From: a virus
DNA: 64,000 bases
IMG/VR virus record: IMGVR_UViG_3300014208_000032
Coordinates: 73,116 to 137,115 of that record
Strand: one strand, 5' to 3'
Positions 20,131 to 30,184 of this stretch are shown one piece after another; the stretch's first letter is position 1, and every line of letters starts with the position of its first letter. The notes beneath the pieces were generated by a model, which had not been told where the DNA came from, did not search any database, and saw only the letters and a list, made by a program, of their open reading frames with translations. Position numbers and translations under genes: made by a program.

Positions 20131-22248
20131 TTAACTTGTCGTTTTTGAATAGTAGTTTGTTAGTCCAAGTAGAATACTTTTTGCTTGTTCATCAAATTCA
20201 AATCGTGCATACTCTATAGTTTTAGAAAAATGGATACTCTTCCAAACACTTTCTAAGTGAGCTAAAACACTTGCTTTGAATGCATTGCTATCTCCGGCTG
20301 CCGCCGTATAAAACGTTTCTAACGATGCCTCTAAGTTGTTTATGCTTGATGCCAATTTTATTTGCACGACGTAATTTATAAAATAAAGAACTCGTGTAAA
20401 AATTCTATAACGTTTAGAATAGGATTCAAAAAGAATATCTGTGTCCATTAGTTCATTAAGTGATTTAATAATCTTTAATTTAAAATCATCAAAAATAGAA
20501 TTGAAAGCTACCTTTAATCTTTTTTCTTCATAAATTTGTTTATTGTAATTTAAATCATTAATATCAACATCAATTCTTTTAATAATGTTAGAAACTTCAT
20601 TTCTTACTTTTACTTTATTACTATCAAAAATTATATCAAAACTTGTTTTTAAACTATCAAATTCACCACTAGTTAAATAAAAGTTTGTCGAACTCAGTTT
20701 CCTTAAATCACTCTTTTCCAACAAAATCAAATCAGAAAACAAATCTAAAGTTTTTTCTTTTACTGAATCAAATTCTGTATAAGATGCAGCAATTGCTGCA
20801 AATCCATTTGTATATTCTGTCTTTAATAAATCAATATAGGTATCATATTTTGTTTTTGCGGTTGTTGTTGCATTAACTATATTAGTATTAGAAAAAGAAT
20901 CGCTATTAATAGAAAGCTCTTCAAAATCAACATCAATAACAGAAAGAATACTGGTGAGATTCTCTGTAAATAATCTCAATGCCTCTATATAATAATTTAC
21001 ATCAACATCAAGAAAATTTTTCATTGCTTCTCTTAATTTATTTGATAATGCCGAATCAATCAAAACTCTTAATTTGCCAGCATTGTTTGAATAGTTTTTC
21101 TCAAAATCCTTTATTATTTTATTAATTAAATCCGTGAGTTCTTCATCGGTTAATATGTTTTTTATAAGGTAATCAGAATAACTATCAACATAATCATTCA
21201 CGCTTTTAATGCTATCCAAATCTAGTTGCAGCAATTGATTATAAGTAGATAAATCAACTGTTGCTAATCCTAATTTATCCATAGTTCCCTGAAAATCTGG
21301 TCTTTCTAATAAGATACTTGCTTTAACTAATTTTGCGATTTTTTTAATTAATTCATCTTGTAGTTGTTTTAGTTTTGCAGTGTTAGTTGCATCAATAAAA
21401 TATTCATTATTATAATAACGATAATATCTCTTCTCGTCTAAAACAAATGTGTAATTATTTGCAACACCAGCAGGAAGATCAGTATAAGTATTGACTGCTG
21501 TCAGGAAAATTTTGGCAACATCAACTATTCCATCTCCTAAATTTGTATTGTCTAATACGCCACCTTCTCCGTAAATAGAGAAAAAATATTTTCTTACTTT
21601 AAGAAGTTTTAATCTTTTATCTGCCTCTTCTACAATTTTCCAGCCGGTCACCAAAGCAGGAGTTTCTAACGTTCCTGTGGTTGTTATGTCACCACTTATT
21701 TCATCTATAGTAATATTTTCGATAGCTTCTTTACTTTTTGTTTCTGATAATGTTTTTTGTGCATTAGTTGTTTTGTTAAGAGCATCAATTATTTCTTTTG
21801 CTTCTGACGAAGTGGTTTCAGATACTGGCAATTTGAGGATAAATTCTAAGGATAGTTTTAAAAGTTGCATCGGCATTCTGGATGTATAAGCTTGGGCAAT
21901 TTTTATAAAGTCATTTAAAGCTACTGGAATGGTTGTTGGGTTAGTCCAAGCTCCTGCTAAAAGTGAAATATCTTTTATTATAAAAGAAATAGCTTCCATT
22001 GTTTGTTCAATCTTTCTATATGTTCTCATTATTTCCATAATGACTTTCATAGATTGAGAAGCTGCACCAATTACTTTCTTTACTTCTGGGTTATTCATAG
22101 CAGAAGAAATTAGTTCGTTTGCTTTTTTTTCTACACTATCAGCTGCTTCTGAGATGTAATCTTTTACTAATTTTACTGTTTTGGTTGTAGTAATAACAAT
22201 TGTTTTTCCACCAACTACTTGTTTTGATTTGGTTTTAGTTATTATCAC
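20131..22248 (-). CDS. Hypothetical helical virion protein (705 aa)
   Basis: Long ORF overlapping the spike gene stop (GTG start); no recognisable motif. Confidence 0.6.
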   Translation of the reverse strand: MIITKTKSKQVVGGKTIVITTTKTVKLVKDYISEAADSVEKKANELISSAMNNPEVKKVIGAASQSMKVIMEIMRTYRKIEQTMEAISFIIKDISLLAGAWTNPTTIPVALNDFIKIAQAYTSRMPMQLLKLSLEFILKLPVSETTSSEAKEIIDALNKTTNAQKTLSETKSKEAIENITIDEISGDITTTGTLETPALVTGWKIVEEADKRLKLLKVRKYFFSIYGEGGVLDNTNLGDGIVDVAKIFLTAVNTYTDLPAGVANNYTFVLDEKRYYRYYNNEYFIDATNTAKLKQLQDELIKKIAKLVKASILLERPDFQGTMDKLGLATVDLSTYNQLLQLDLDSIKSVNDYVDSYSDYLIKNILTDEELTDLINKIIKDFEKNYSNNAGKLRVLIDSALSNKLREAMKNFLDVDVNYYIEALRLFTENLTSILSVIDVDFEELSINSDSFSNTNIVNATTTAKTKYDTYIDLLKTEYTNGFAAIAASYTEFDSVKEKTLDLFSDLILLEKSDLRKLSSTNFYLTSGEFDSLKTSFDIIFDSNKVKVRNEVSNIIKRIDVDINDLNYNKQIYEEKRLKVAFNSIFDDFKLKIIKSLNELMDTDILFESYSKRYRIFTRVLYFINYVVQIKLASSINNLEASLETFYTAAAGDSNAFKASVLAHLESVWKSIHFSKTIEYARFEFDEQAKSILLGLTNYYSKTTS

Positions 22249-23324
22249 GCTTTAATCTCCGAACCATGATTAGTTCCATCAATTGGGAAAAGAAGCGCGC
22301 CATCTTCTGTCTTGAGAACATTAGTTGATTTTGTTCCTACAAGGTGTAGCCCTTCATCGCCCAAAACAATATCTTTTGTGTCGAGGATGATTTTAGGAGA
22401 TGTTAATTTTATTCCATTTGCTGTTATGGTTATTTTTTGAACTTGATCTGTTAAATCTGATCTTGTAACATCTAATCCAAATTCATTAATCAGTATTTTA
22501 GTGGCATTATTTTGTGTGTCAGATGAATTTATTGTAATAGATCCATCTTTCAAAAGCTTAATAAAAGCTGTATTTTGCTTAGTTGTGTCTCCATTGATTG
22601 TTTTAATAATAATCCCACTATCATCAGCAGTAATAATTGATGTTGTTTCTCCATTATTGTCTAATCCTTTTCTTATTCTTAAAACAATTCCAGTGTCTCC
22701 CACAATAATTTCTTGAAATTCATTGGGAGTGCTTGGAATTTCTTGATTATCCATTGAAGGTTCTGTTTTTTTATACCAGCTTGTATAATGTCTAATGTGA
22801 TATTGCTCATCACTAGCAGCAAAAAGGTGCTTAGTTTCTCTATTCATCCAATTAACATTCTTAATGTTTTTAAAAGTATCAAATAATCCTTTTTTTATTC
22901 TATGAACAAATCCAGTGTCATTCACATCATAGTTTTTAATTCTTTCTGATGTAGCAAACCCAACATTAGAATCTGCGTTTCTATTGGGGGCATAAATATT
23001 TTTTATATTTCCATCTTCTTGGGTTTCAGGAAGAGAAATAGAACCCATCCAAACAGGAAGGAATACCTTACCCTCAAAAAAAGAAACTACCCCCATCTCA
23101 TTAACTGTTGGTAATGAAAAATAACCATGCCCATTTCCAGCTCCCATAGGAGAAAAAATAAAAGCTTCACTATCAGCACCAGAAAAGAGGTCTTCTTCTT
23201 GAGTATATCTATCAAGAAATTTTATTTTATCTCCATAAAAATCTTTAATTCGAACGCGAATTTTACCAGTTTCGAAGAAATTATTATTATCGGTAACAAT
23301 AGCAAGATATAAACCTGCTTTCAT
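22245..23324 (-). CDS. Baseplate central spike, gp5/gpV OB-fold protein
   Basis: GLYLAIVTDN....GKIRVRI...GAGNGHGYFSLPTVNEMGVVSFFEG....PVWMGSI is the Gp5/VgrG OB-fold pattern, followed by beta-helix-like repeats. Confidence 0.8.
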   Translation of the reverse strand: MKAGLYLAIVTDNNNFFETGKIRVRIKDFYGDKIKFLDRYTQEEDLFSGADSEAFIFSPMGAGNGHGYFSLPTVNEMGVVSFFEGKVFLPVWMGSISLPETQEDGNIKNIYAPNRNADSNVGFATSERIKNYDVNDTGFVHRIKKGLFDTFKNIKNVNWMNRETKHLFAASDEQYHIRHYTSWYKKTEPSMDNQEIPSTPNEFQEIIVGDTGIVLRIRKGLDNNGETTSIITADDSGIIIKTINGDTTKQNTAFIKLLKDGSITINSSDTQNNATKILINEFGLDVTRSDLTDQVQKITITANGIKLTSPKIILDTKDIVLGDEGLHLVGTKSTNVLKTEDGALLFPIDGTNHGSEIKA

Positions 23325-23599
23325 AATAGTCGCACCTCTTTTGGATCTGGAATTTTAATTAATCTATAAGTGTAATAATCTTGTGGTGAAAATTTGAAAT
23401 TATTATAGAGAGAAATTTCTTGAGAATATTTAACATCTCCATAAAAAAGAAAAGAAATAAGATCTGGCCTAAATGTATGTTCATAAGGGATTTTATAAAG
23501 AAGATAACCAAGAGTTGTTAATTTAGAAAGATATGAATCATCTATGGGGCCAGCTACAGTTTTTTTTGTTGTCTCAATAAATACTGGTTTATATCTCAT
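23321..23599 (-). CDS. LysM-like baseplate wedge protein (gp53/gpX-like)
   Basis: RPDLISFLFYGDVKY..EI..YN...IKIPD pattern; 92 aa; between tube initiator and spike. Confidence 0.75.
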   Translation of the reverse strand: MRYKPVFIETTKKTVAGPIDDSYLSKLTTLGYLLYKIPYEHTFRPDLISFLFYGDVKYSQEISLYNNFKFSPQDYYTYRLIKIPDPKEVRLL

Positions 23600-25840
23600 T
23601 TATTTTAATCCTTCGTTCTTAAATATGAATGCTTGAATATCACCATACAATTGTCTCTGTAAAACTTCTGCTGCATTTTGTTGGTTTTGTTGATTGGTTG
23701 TATCAATTTTTGATTTCCAGGATTGGTATTTTTGATTATAATTTTCTTTTATACCCTCACCTGTTCCTTGTGATCCTAGTGCTGAAAACGCATCAAAAGA
23801 ATTATCTATTGTTGTTGCTTGTGTTGTTGCAGCCAATAAATAATCGTTTGTATAACTTTTGTAATAATCATAAAAATCATAATAATAGTTTTCATAACTT
23901 GGAGTTACTTCTTGTAAAGAAATACTTACGTCAAACATAATACTGTCATAATTTCCGTTGTCGCTTTGAAGGCTTTCATCATTTAATCTTTCTTTTGTCC
24001 ATTCATTTTTTTGATGAATGATTGGATTTGTGTTGTAATCTTTTTTAATATTAACAGAGGTGCATATAAATTTCTTTAAACTAAAACCTTTCCCGCCATT
24101 ATTTGGTTTATAAAAAGAAAGATTTGCTGAACCTTCAACGGATTTTGATTGTGAAAAACCATCAATTCCATTTGCTGGGTTTGCATCATATAATTCTTTT
24201 CCAAATTGTCCAAAGATAACGTTTATATAAGGAGGAGCAAGATAAACTTCGCCATTTCCGCCGTTGGTAAATTGTGGCAAAGCAATTGATCTGAACATAG
24301 TTTCTATTTTTTTTAAATAAGATGGGGTGTATTGTTTCATCCAACTTTTACCATAATCATTTCCACTATATTTATCAGCACTGTCTTTTGCTGTTACCAT
24401 ATATTTTAAATTAATAGTTAATTCTGGAAGATCAGTTCTCAAATAAGAATAGAGATTTCCAACCCTTCCTAAGATTTGAATGCTTTCATATTGAGCGGCG
24501 ATACTCCCTTCGCTAATGTCTGGATTAAACTGAAATGGCAAGAAAATTGTTTTAGTGTTTGATATAGCAGAATCAATTGGTCTGATTACCAATCCACCAA
24601 GAAGATTGGCATCTCCTTTTGTTTTTTCAAGCATCCTTTTTTTCTTTCCGTAATTTTCTTTCTTTTCACCAAAATCAAGATCAATATTTCCTTCAAATTC
24701 TTGTGGGTTAGTAGTAATATTTTCCCTTGTTCTTAGTTTAACAGAAATTCCTCTCTGGTCCATAGTTGCAGGAGAGAGAAGAGCTAATCTTAAAATCTCT
24801 TCATTGGTTAAATATTTTAATTTATTAACTGCATCTACCGTTCCATTAAAAATATTACCTGCTGCTTTTGTAGCAGCAGCAAGCGCAACTGCTCCACCTT
24901 GTTGGATTGCTGCTAAATCATTTGCTGCACCAGAAACAGCACTTGTTATCCCTGCCACAGAAAGAGGAATTAATCTGGAAAAATAAAGCCTTGTGTTAAA
25001 ATCAAGAAGTTCTTCAGTTCCACCCCTTATAGTGGCTTGGGAAACATTATTATCTGATTTAAATTGGGAAATAGAATCCGATGTATTTGGCGCGCTTTCT
25101 TTTTTGCCTAATTCTTTTGTTTCTATTAAAACATCTGTTGAATTACTTCCTCTATTAATATTTTTATCAACAACATTATCAGGAACCACGTTACCTGATT
25201 TGATTGTTGTTTTAAACTCTGACTCTATGTTTGGTGAATTTGATTTGTTTGTTTTAGAAGGATCTAAAGAAATAGAATCATCGCTTAATTCTGCTCCGTT
25301 TCTTATTGTATTATCAAGATTACTATCAATAACTGGTGTTCCAATTCCACCTTTTAATCCACCACCAGCAGTTTGCTTTGCTATTTCAATAAAATCAGAT
25401 ATTGTATCATCTTTTTGAAGATCATCAACCCCACCGCGAATAACATTAGTTGTTTCTAAACCTTCAACGTTAACTGAGCTGTCATATTTTATTCCGTCTG
25501 AATTAAGAGATTCGTTTTTATTAGTATTTTTAAACTCTGATTCTATGTTTGGAGAGGTTGATTTGTTTGTTTTGGTGGAATCTAAAGAATAAGTTTTTTT
25601 ATCTAAATCTGTCGCATCTCTTGTGTTTAAGAGTGTTTTATTTGGACTAATTTCATTAAGAACATCTGGTTTTCCACTATCTATTGGAGTGGAGACATTT
25701 TCAATGTTTCTAAATTCATCGAGAGAAACTTCTTTTTTCCCATCGGTTGATGTAAATGGAGTTCCAGGAGTCCTTGCTTTTATTTTTGCTAGTAGTGTAT
25801 TATTATAATCTAATAGTGCTTGTTCGTAATTACTTGCCAT
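23600..25840 (-). CDS. Tail tube initiator/baseplate tube-like protein (gp48/gp54-like) with a long low-complexity N-terminus
   Basis: LPFQFNPDISE...AQYESIQILGR....YSY..T..PELTINLKY is typical of contractile-tail tube initiators; located after the tape measure gene. Confidence 0.6.
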   Translation of the reverse strand: MASNYEQALLDYNNTLLAKIKARTPGTPFTSTDGKKEVSLDEFRNIENVSTPIDSGKPDVLNEISPNKTLLNTRDATDLDKKTYSLDSTKTNKSTSPNIESEFKNTNKNESLNSDGIKYDSSVNVEGLETTNVIRGGVDDLQKDDTISDFIEIAKQTAGGGLKGGIGTPVIDSNLDNTIRNGAELSDDSISLDPSKTNKSNSPNIESEFKTTIKSGNVVPDNVVDKNINRGSNSTDVLIETKELGKKESAPNTSDSISQFKSDNNVSQATIRGGTEELLDFNTRLYFSRLIPLSVAGITSAVSGAANDLAAIQQGGAVALAAATKAAGNIFNGTVDAVNKLKYLTNEEILRLALLSPATMDQRGISVKLRTRENITTNPQEFEGNIDLDFGEKKENYGKKKRMLEKTKGDANLLGGLVIRPIDSAISNTKTIFLPFQFNPDISEGSIAAQYESIQILGRVGNLYSYLRTDLPELTINLKYMVTAKDSADKYSGNDYGKSWMKQYTPSYLKKIETMFRSIALPQFTNGGNGEVYLAPPYINVIFGQFGKELYDANPANGIDGFSQSKSVEGSANLSFYKPNNGGKGFSLKKFICTSVNIKKDYNTNPIIHQKNEWTKERLNDESLQSDNGNYDSIMFDVSISLQEVTPSYENYYYDFYDYYKSYTNDYLLAATTQATTIDNSFDAFSALGSQGTGEGIKENYNQKYQSWKSKIDTTNQQNQQNAAEVLQRQLYGDIQAFIFKNEGLK

Positions 25841-25844
25841 ACAA

Positions 25845-26009
25845 TTAACTTTGCTGACGATATTTGTTAATCAATTGATTATATTTTTTTTCCTTTCTTA
25901 CAAAATCGCAAGGATCTAACATAAGATCTTTAAAATCTTTTTCAAATTCTTCGGTGTTTTTTATTTTGAGTGTTTCTATAATTATATTTTTTGCTTCTTC
26001 AAAGTTCAT
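25845..26009 (-). CDS. Small hypothetical protein (54 aa, MNFEEAKNIIIETLK...) not in the ORF track
   Basis: ATG overlaps the tape-measure stop (TAATG); open for 165 nt and fills the gap. Confidence 0.45.
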   Translation of the reverse strand: MNFEEAKNIIIETLKIKNTEEFEKDFKDLMLDPCDFVRKEKKYNQLINKYRQQS

Positions 26010-29000
26010 TAATGTATCCCAACAAGAGCTGTGTTAGCATCATTTACGTTGAGCGTTCCAGACCTAATACCACTAACTATCTCTTCGAGTTTTGTTCTTC
26101 TAATATCTTCTCTGGTTAGACCATCAATTCTTGTTTGAATTATTTGGGCCAATTGCTCTTCTGCTAATTTATTTGCTGCCTCTTGAAGTTCTACTAATCT
26201 TTTTTGATAATCTGTTGTTTTTTGTCTTTGTTCTTCGGCAATAGCTCCAGAACCAGTAGAAGAGTAAACTGTTTGATTATCAGAAACCGCTGTTGATCCT
26301 GGAGTTCCCTCGTTCACATTAACCCCCAATGTTTTTAGCCAAGCTGTTGTTTTTTCTAAACTACCCGATCTTGATATTTTTTCTAACAACGCATTTGGGT
26401 CCATATTTTCTGCTATTATTTTATTAAAATCACCTAAGATGTTTGCAGATGGTTTTTCTCTTAGCGCTTTTGCAGCAATACCAGCATTAATTGCATTTTC
26501 CATTATGTTGCGTTGATTATCAGTTAAAAGGTTTTCGTTTGACACACCTGCTGTTTTTAAACTTTCTGTAGTTATTCTTTCTTTTTCTTCCATAGCGTTT
26601 GCTATTAATTCATTTATCTTTTTTTGTGATTCATCAGAACTACTTATTTGGAATTTCCTTATCATTTGTCCAAAATTGAGAGAGCTATTATTCTCTCCAG
26701 ATAACATTTTTATCATGTCACCTGCAGACCCAAGGCTATTTATGAATTTTGTTAATCCGCTATTTCCACTAACCATTTTCATAACAGTATTTTTTATTTC
26801 ATCTTTTCCAACACCAGCAGTACTCATTTCTGCTATTTTTTTGCTAATGTCAACAACTTGTTCTTGCGCTTTATATTGTGACATTTGAATGGTGTTTTTA
26901 TTTAATTCTGTTATATTTTCGTTTATGGCTGTTATTTGTTGATTACTTAGTGATGTTTCTGCTAACATTTGTTTTGTAATTGTTCCACTGTGATCACCAA
27001 ATATTTGTTTTGTTATTTGTGTTCCTTTTTCGATAATTTTTACTCTTTGCGCCTCTAAATTGGCAAAATTATTTACACTGTTACTCATTTTTTCACTAGC
27101 ATCCCACATAGTATCTGCTGCATCGGCCATTGATTTTCCAACATTTTTTAAAGCATCATTACCAAATGCTGTTCCGATTGCGCCAACAACAACACCTAAA
27201 GCTTTAATTAAAAGACTAAGAAGCTTTAACAAAGGAGGTAATAATGTTTTTACAAGTGGCATCAATACCTGGTTTAATAAGGTTATAACAACAGGTAGTA
27301 ATGCCTTCATAACTGGTGCCAAACCTTCTCTAAAGGCATCTGCAAACTGTTGTAGTGGTTCTTTAAGCATGTCTAATAATGGCCCCAAAAACATTCCCAA
27401 TAGCATTAAAGGACCTGCAGCTTTTGCCATAACTCCACCAAATTTTTTAGCACCATCTTTTATGGTGTTTCCTAAACCTTTCCAGCCATCTTTAAGCACA
27501 GATTTTAAATTATTACCAACAGAATCTAAACTGTTTCTAAATTTTTCTCCAAAGTTTGTCAAAACACCCATTACGTTACTACCAAACCCACCTTTAGCGC
27601 CTTCTTGTTTTCCTTTGGTTATATTTAGTTCTTCTGTTGCTTTTATTTGGTCTTTTAATGTTTTTGTTTCATATTCTGCTGATTCAAGTGCAGATTTTGC
27701 TAACAATTTATGTTGTTCTTGAAGATCGTTCAACATTTTTTGTTTTTCAATCCTGTCTTGAGCAGCAAGGTTTCCTTTTAACTCGTTTTCTAAACCCTCC
27801 ACAGAAGAAGCAAATTGTTTATTAAAAGTTATTAATCTTTCTTGAGATTCTAGTGCTGTAGATTTTGCTATTTTTAATTCTTCTGTTGCAGCTTTTTGAA
27901 TTGCCTCAGCAGCATCAACTCTTGGTTGCCAAAAAGCTTTGCTCATATATTTTTCCATAGAAGCTTTATAATTTTCGGAACCAGCAAGATTTATATCATG
28001 AAATTCTTTTGCTCTAATTGTTTGTTCTTTGATATCTTTTAATAATCGAGAATAAGTTATTTCAGTAACTTCTCCAGCTAATCTTCTTTTATTTAAATCT
28101 TCAGTTGTTGTTTTTAACTCTTCTATTTTTGCAGCACCAAGAGCAATATTTGATTCATAAGTTCTTACAGAGATGTCATAATTTTCAGAGTTTTTTCTGG
28201 CAATATTTGTCATAATATTATCAACAGAACCAAAGCCCTTATTTGTTTCCCAAGTATTTTTATGAATTCTTTCTGCTTGTTCTGCAATTTTTTTTGACCA
28301 ACCAAAAAGAAGTCCACTATTTTTTTCAGCAGACATTATATCGTAATCCATTGAATTTATTGTTTTAGAGAGAGAAATTAATTCCTGATTTCCTGATTTA
28401 ATTCCACCTCCACCAGCTTTTTGTGCCTGAACTAAGTTTCCTTTTTCTATTCCTTTTACATAACCAGTAGAAACAGCATCACTCATTGTTTGTGAGATTG
28501 AATCTACATTAGTGGAAAACGCTTTTTTAATACCACCACCAAAAATATTTGCCAACATCGGAACAAGCATCATCAGCATTGGACCTATTTTGCCAACAAG
28601 AGCTGGTAAATCCTGAAAAAATTTTACTGCCTGTTGAAACATTTCTGGAATTTTTTTAATTTGTTCTATAAACCCATCAATCCCACCACCATTTAGTAGT
28701 TTGTCTAAAAAGTTAGACACCCACATAGTTCCTTTTTTAAGATTTTGAACAAGACCGCTTTCCACATTCGTTCCAAGATTTTTTACTATCTTATTTATTT
28801 TTTCCAATAAAGGAACAAGCATTGGCATAATAGCATTAACAACAGATCCAATAGTTCCTTTAATAGAGTCCCATATTTGAGATATATTATCCATAACATC
28901 TCTGTTTCCATTTGCTTGTTCTGTTAAAACAGCAGAGGCATCTGATGCCAGACCAAATTTTTCTGCAATGGCTTGTGGGTTCATATCTGCCATTTGCCTA

Positions 29001-30061
29001 ATATCAGTTAAAGACATCCCCAATTCTCTTGATAAAGCAGCAGCGGCAGGACCAGTCATCGAAGACATCTCTTGCCCCAAATTTTTAAAGCCAGATATCA
29101 GCGTTCCTGGATCAATACTTCCATTAATAGCATCACCGATTCCAACACCCAACTTAGCAAAAAGAAGTGCATTATCTTCAATTGCGCCTGGATCAAGTAA
29201 TCTGTCAATTATTTTTGCAGCTTCTCCTGCTTCCACGCCAACTGACGAGAAAGCTGCTGCTAGTTTCATAGTTCCTTTTGAAAAATTTTCAATCTGTCCA
29301 GAAGACGAACCCATTTGTTTTAATCTCTGTGTGGCAAGCAACAAGCTATCTGTCAGTCCTTCTGCTTCTTCACTCGTCATTCCAAAACTCTTTTGAACCT
29401 GAGCAATACTTCCTATTACTTTACGGATGGAATCGTTACCCATTTTGCCCATTCTGTTTAATTGTCCAACCAATTTGGCAGCAGCAGCATCACTAACACC
29501 AGTTGCTCTGGAAAATTCTTGTGTTGTTTTTAACAAAACTCCAAAATCTTTAACAGAAACCCTCATTTTAATAAGAGTAGCTCCCATTGCTTGTAATTTA
29601 CTAAGTGATTCTCCCGTGGCGGTTTGAACTCTCAATACTGAATCAGAAAGCTGTTCCATTTCTCCACGACCCATAGCCATGTTTTTAGATAATTTTAAAA
29701 ATTCTTGTCTTAAATCACCAACCTGAATTATTGTTTGCCCTATTCCTAGCGCAGCGATAAACCCACTAGTTAGTCCTGTCATGCTTCTGATTGTGTTTCC
29801 AATGTCTTTAAAAGCTTCTTTTAATTTTCCAGATTCTTTATTTGAACTGCTTAATTCTTTTCCTAAATTTTCAGCTTCAGCGTTTATATTGCTGAATGTT
29901 TTTTGTGCTGAATTAGAGTTTCTATTGACACTTCCAAGAGCTTCATTGGCTTGTTTCGTATAATTGGTGACCCCAGACATAGCTTTTGCCATATCTTGAG
30001 TAGATTGTAAAATCTGTCTATTTAAATCAATTAAAATTTGTTCGGACTGTGATAACGCCAT
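26009..30061 (-). CDS. Tail tape measure protein
   Basis: 1350 aa, A/G/K/M-rich helical sequence with amphipathic/hydrophobic blocks (GPLMLLGMFLGPLL..., LLPPLLKLLSLL); between hub and tube initiator. Confidence 0.85.
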   Translation of the reverse strand: MALSQSEQILIDLNRQILQSTQDMAKAMSGVTNYTKQANEALGSVNRNSNSAQKTFSNINAEAENLGKELSSSNKESGKLKEAFKDIGNTIRSMTGLTSGFIAALGIGQTIIQVGDLRQEFLKLSKNMAMGRGEMEQLSDSVLRVQTATGESLSKLQAMGATLIKMRVSVKDFGVLLKTTQEFSRATGVSDAAAAKLVGQLNRMGKMGNDSIRKVIGSIAQVQKSFGMTSEEAEGLTDSLLLATQRLKQMGSSSGQIENFSKGTMKLAAAFSSVGVEAGEAAKIIDRLLDPGAIEDNALLFAKLGVGIGDAINGSIDPGTLISGFKNLGQEMSSMTGPAAAALSRELGMSLTDIRQMADMNPQAIAEKFGLASDASAVLTEQANGNRDVMDNISQIWDSIKGTIGSVVNAIMPMLVPLLEKINKIVKNLGTNVESGLVQNLKKGTMWVSNFLDKLLNGGGIDGFIEQIKKIPEMFQQAVKFFQDLPALVGKIGPMLMMLVPMLANIFGGGIKKAFSTNVDSISQTMSDAVSTGYVKGIEKGNLVQAQKAGGGGIKSGNQELISLSKTINSMDYDIMSAEKNSGLLFGWSKKIAEQAERIHKNTWETNKGFGSVDNIMTNIARKNSENYDISVRTYESNIALGAAKIEELKTTTEDLNKRRLAGEVTEITYSRLLKDIKEQTIRAKEFHDINLAGSENYKASMEKYMSKAFWQPRVDAAEAIQKAATEELKIAKSTALESQERLITFNKQFASSVEGLENELKGNLAAQDRIEKQKMLNDLQEQHKLLAKSALESAEYETKTLKDQIKATEELNITKGKQEGAKGGFGSNVMGVLTNFGEKFRNSLDSVGNNLKSVLKDGWKGLGNTIKDGAKKFGGVMAKAAGPLMLLGMFLGPLLDMLKEPLQQFADAFREGLAPVMKALLPVVITLLNQVLMPLVKTLLPPLLKLLSLLIKALGVVVGAIGTAFGNDALKNVGKSMADAADTMWDASEKMSNSVNNFANLEAQRVKIIEKGTQITKQIFGDHSGTITKQMLAETSLSNQQITAINENITELNKNTIQMSQYKAQEQVVDISKKIAEMSTAGVGKDEIKNTVMKMVSGNSGLTKFINSLGSAGDMIKMLSGENNSSLNFGQMIRKFQISSSDESQKKINELIANAMEEKERITTESLKTAGVSNENLLTDNQRNIMENAINAGIAAKALREKPSANILGDFNKIIAENMDPNALLEKISRSGSLEKTTAWLKTLGVNVNEGTPGSTAVSDNQTVYSSTGSGAIAEEQRQKTTDYQKRLVELQEAANKLAEEQLAQIIQTRIDGLTREDIRRTKLEEIVSGIRSGTLNVNDANTALVGIH

Positions 30062-30093
30062 ATAATATAACTTTCCTGTTATAAGTTGATAAA

Positions 30094-30184
30094 AACCGGG
30101 CGGACAGTTTTGTCTTTTTATTGGACAGGAGTGTCCGGTCTATATAAAACAACTTAAATAAAAATCTACTACTAGAATTTTTTA
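30094..30184. repeat. 91-bp dispersed structured repeat, copy 1
   Basis: Matches 46933..47023 with one mismatch; GC-rich hairpin core plus AT-rich arm. Confidence 0.9.

Noticed and set aside
30094-30184. 91-bp repeat as a hammerhead or HDV-like/theta ribozyme
   Set aside because: No CUGANGA/GAAA core. A G-U-closed P1 and a 3-bp P3 can be drawn on the minus strand, but L3 has no cytidines for P1.1 and the sequence after P1 differs between copies, leaving no conserved P4/J4-2/P2.
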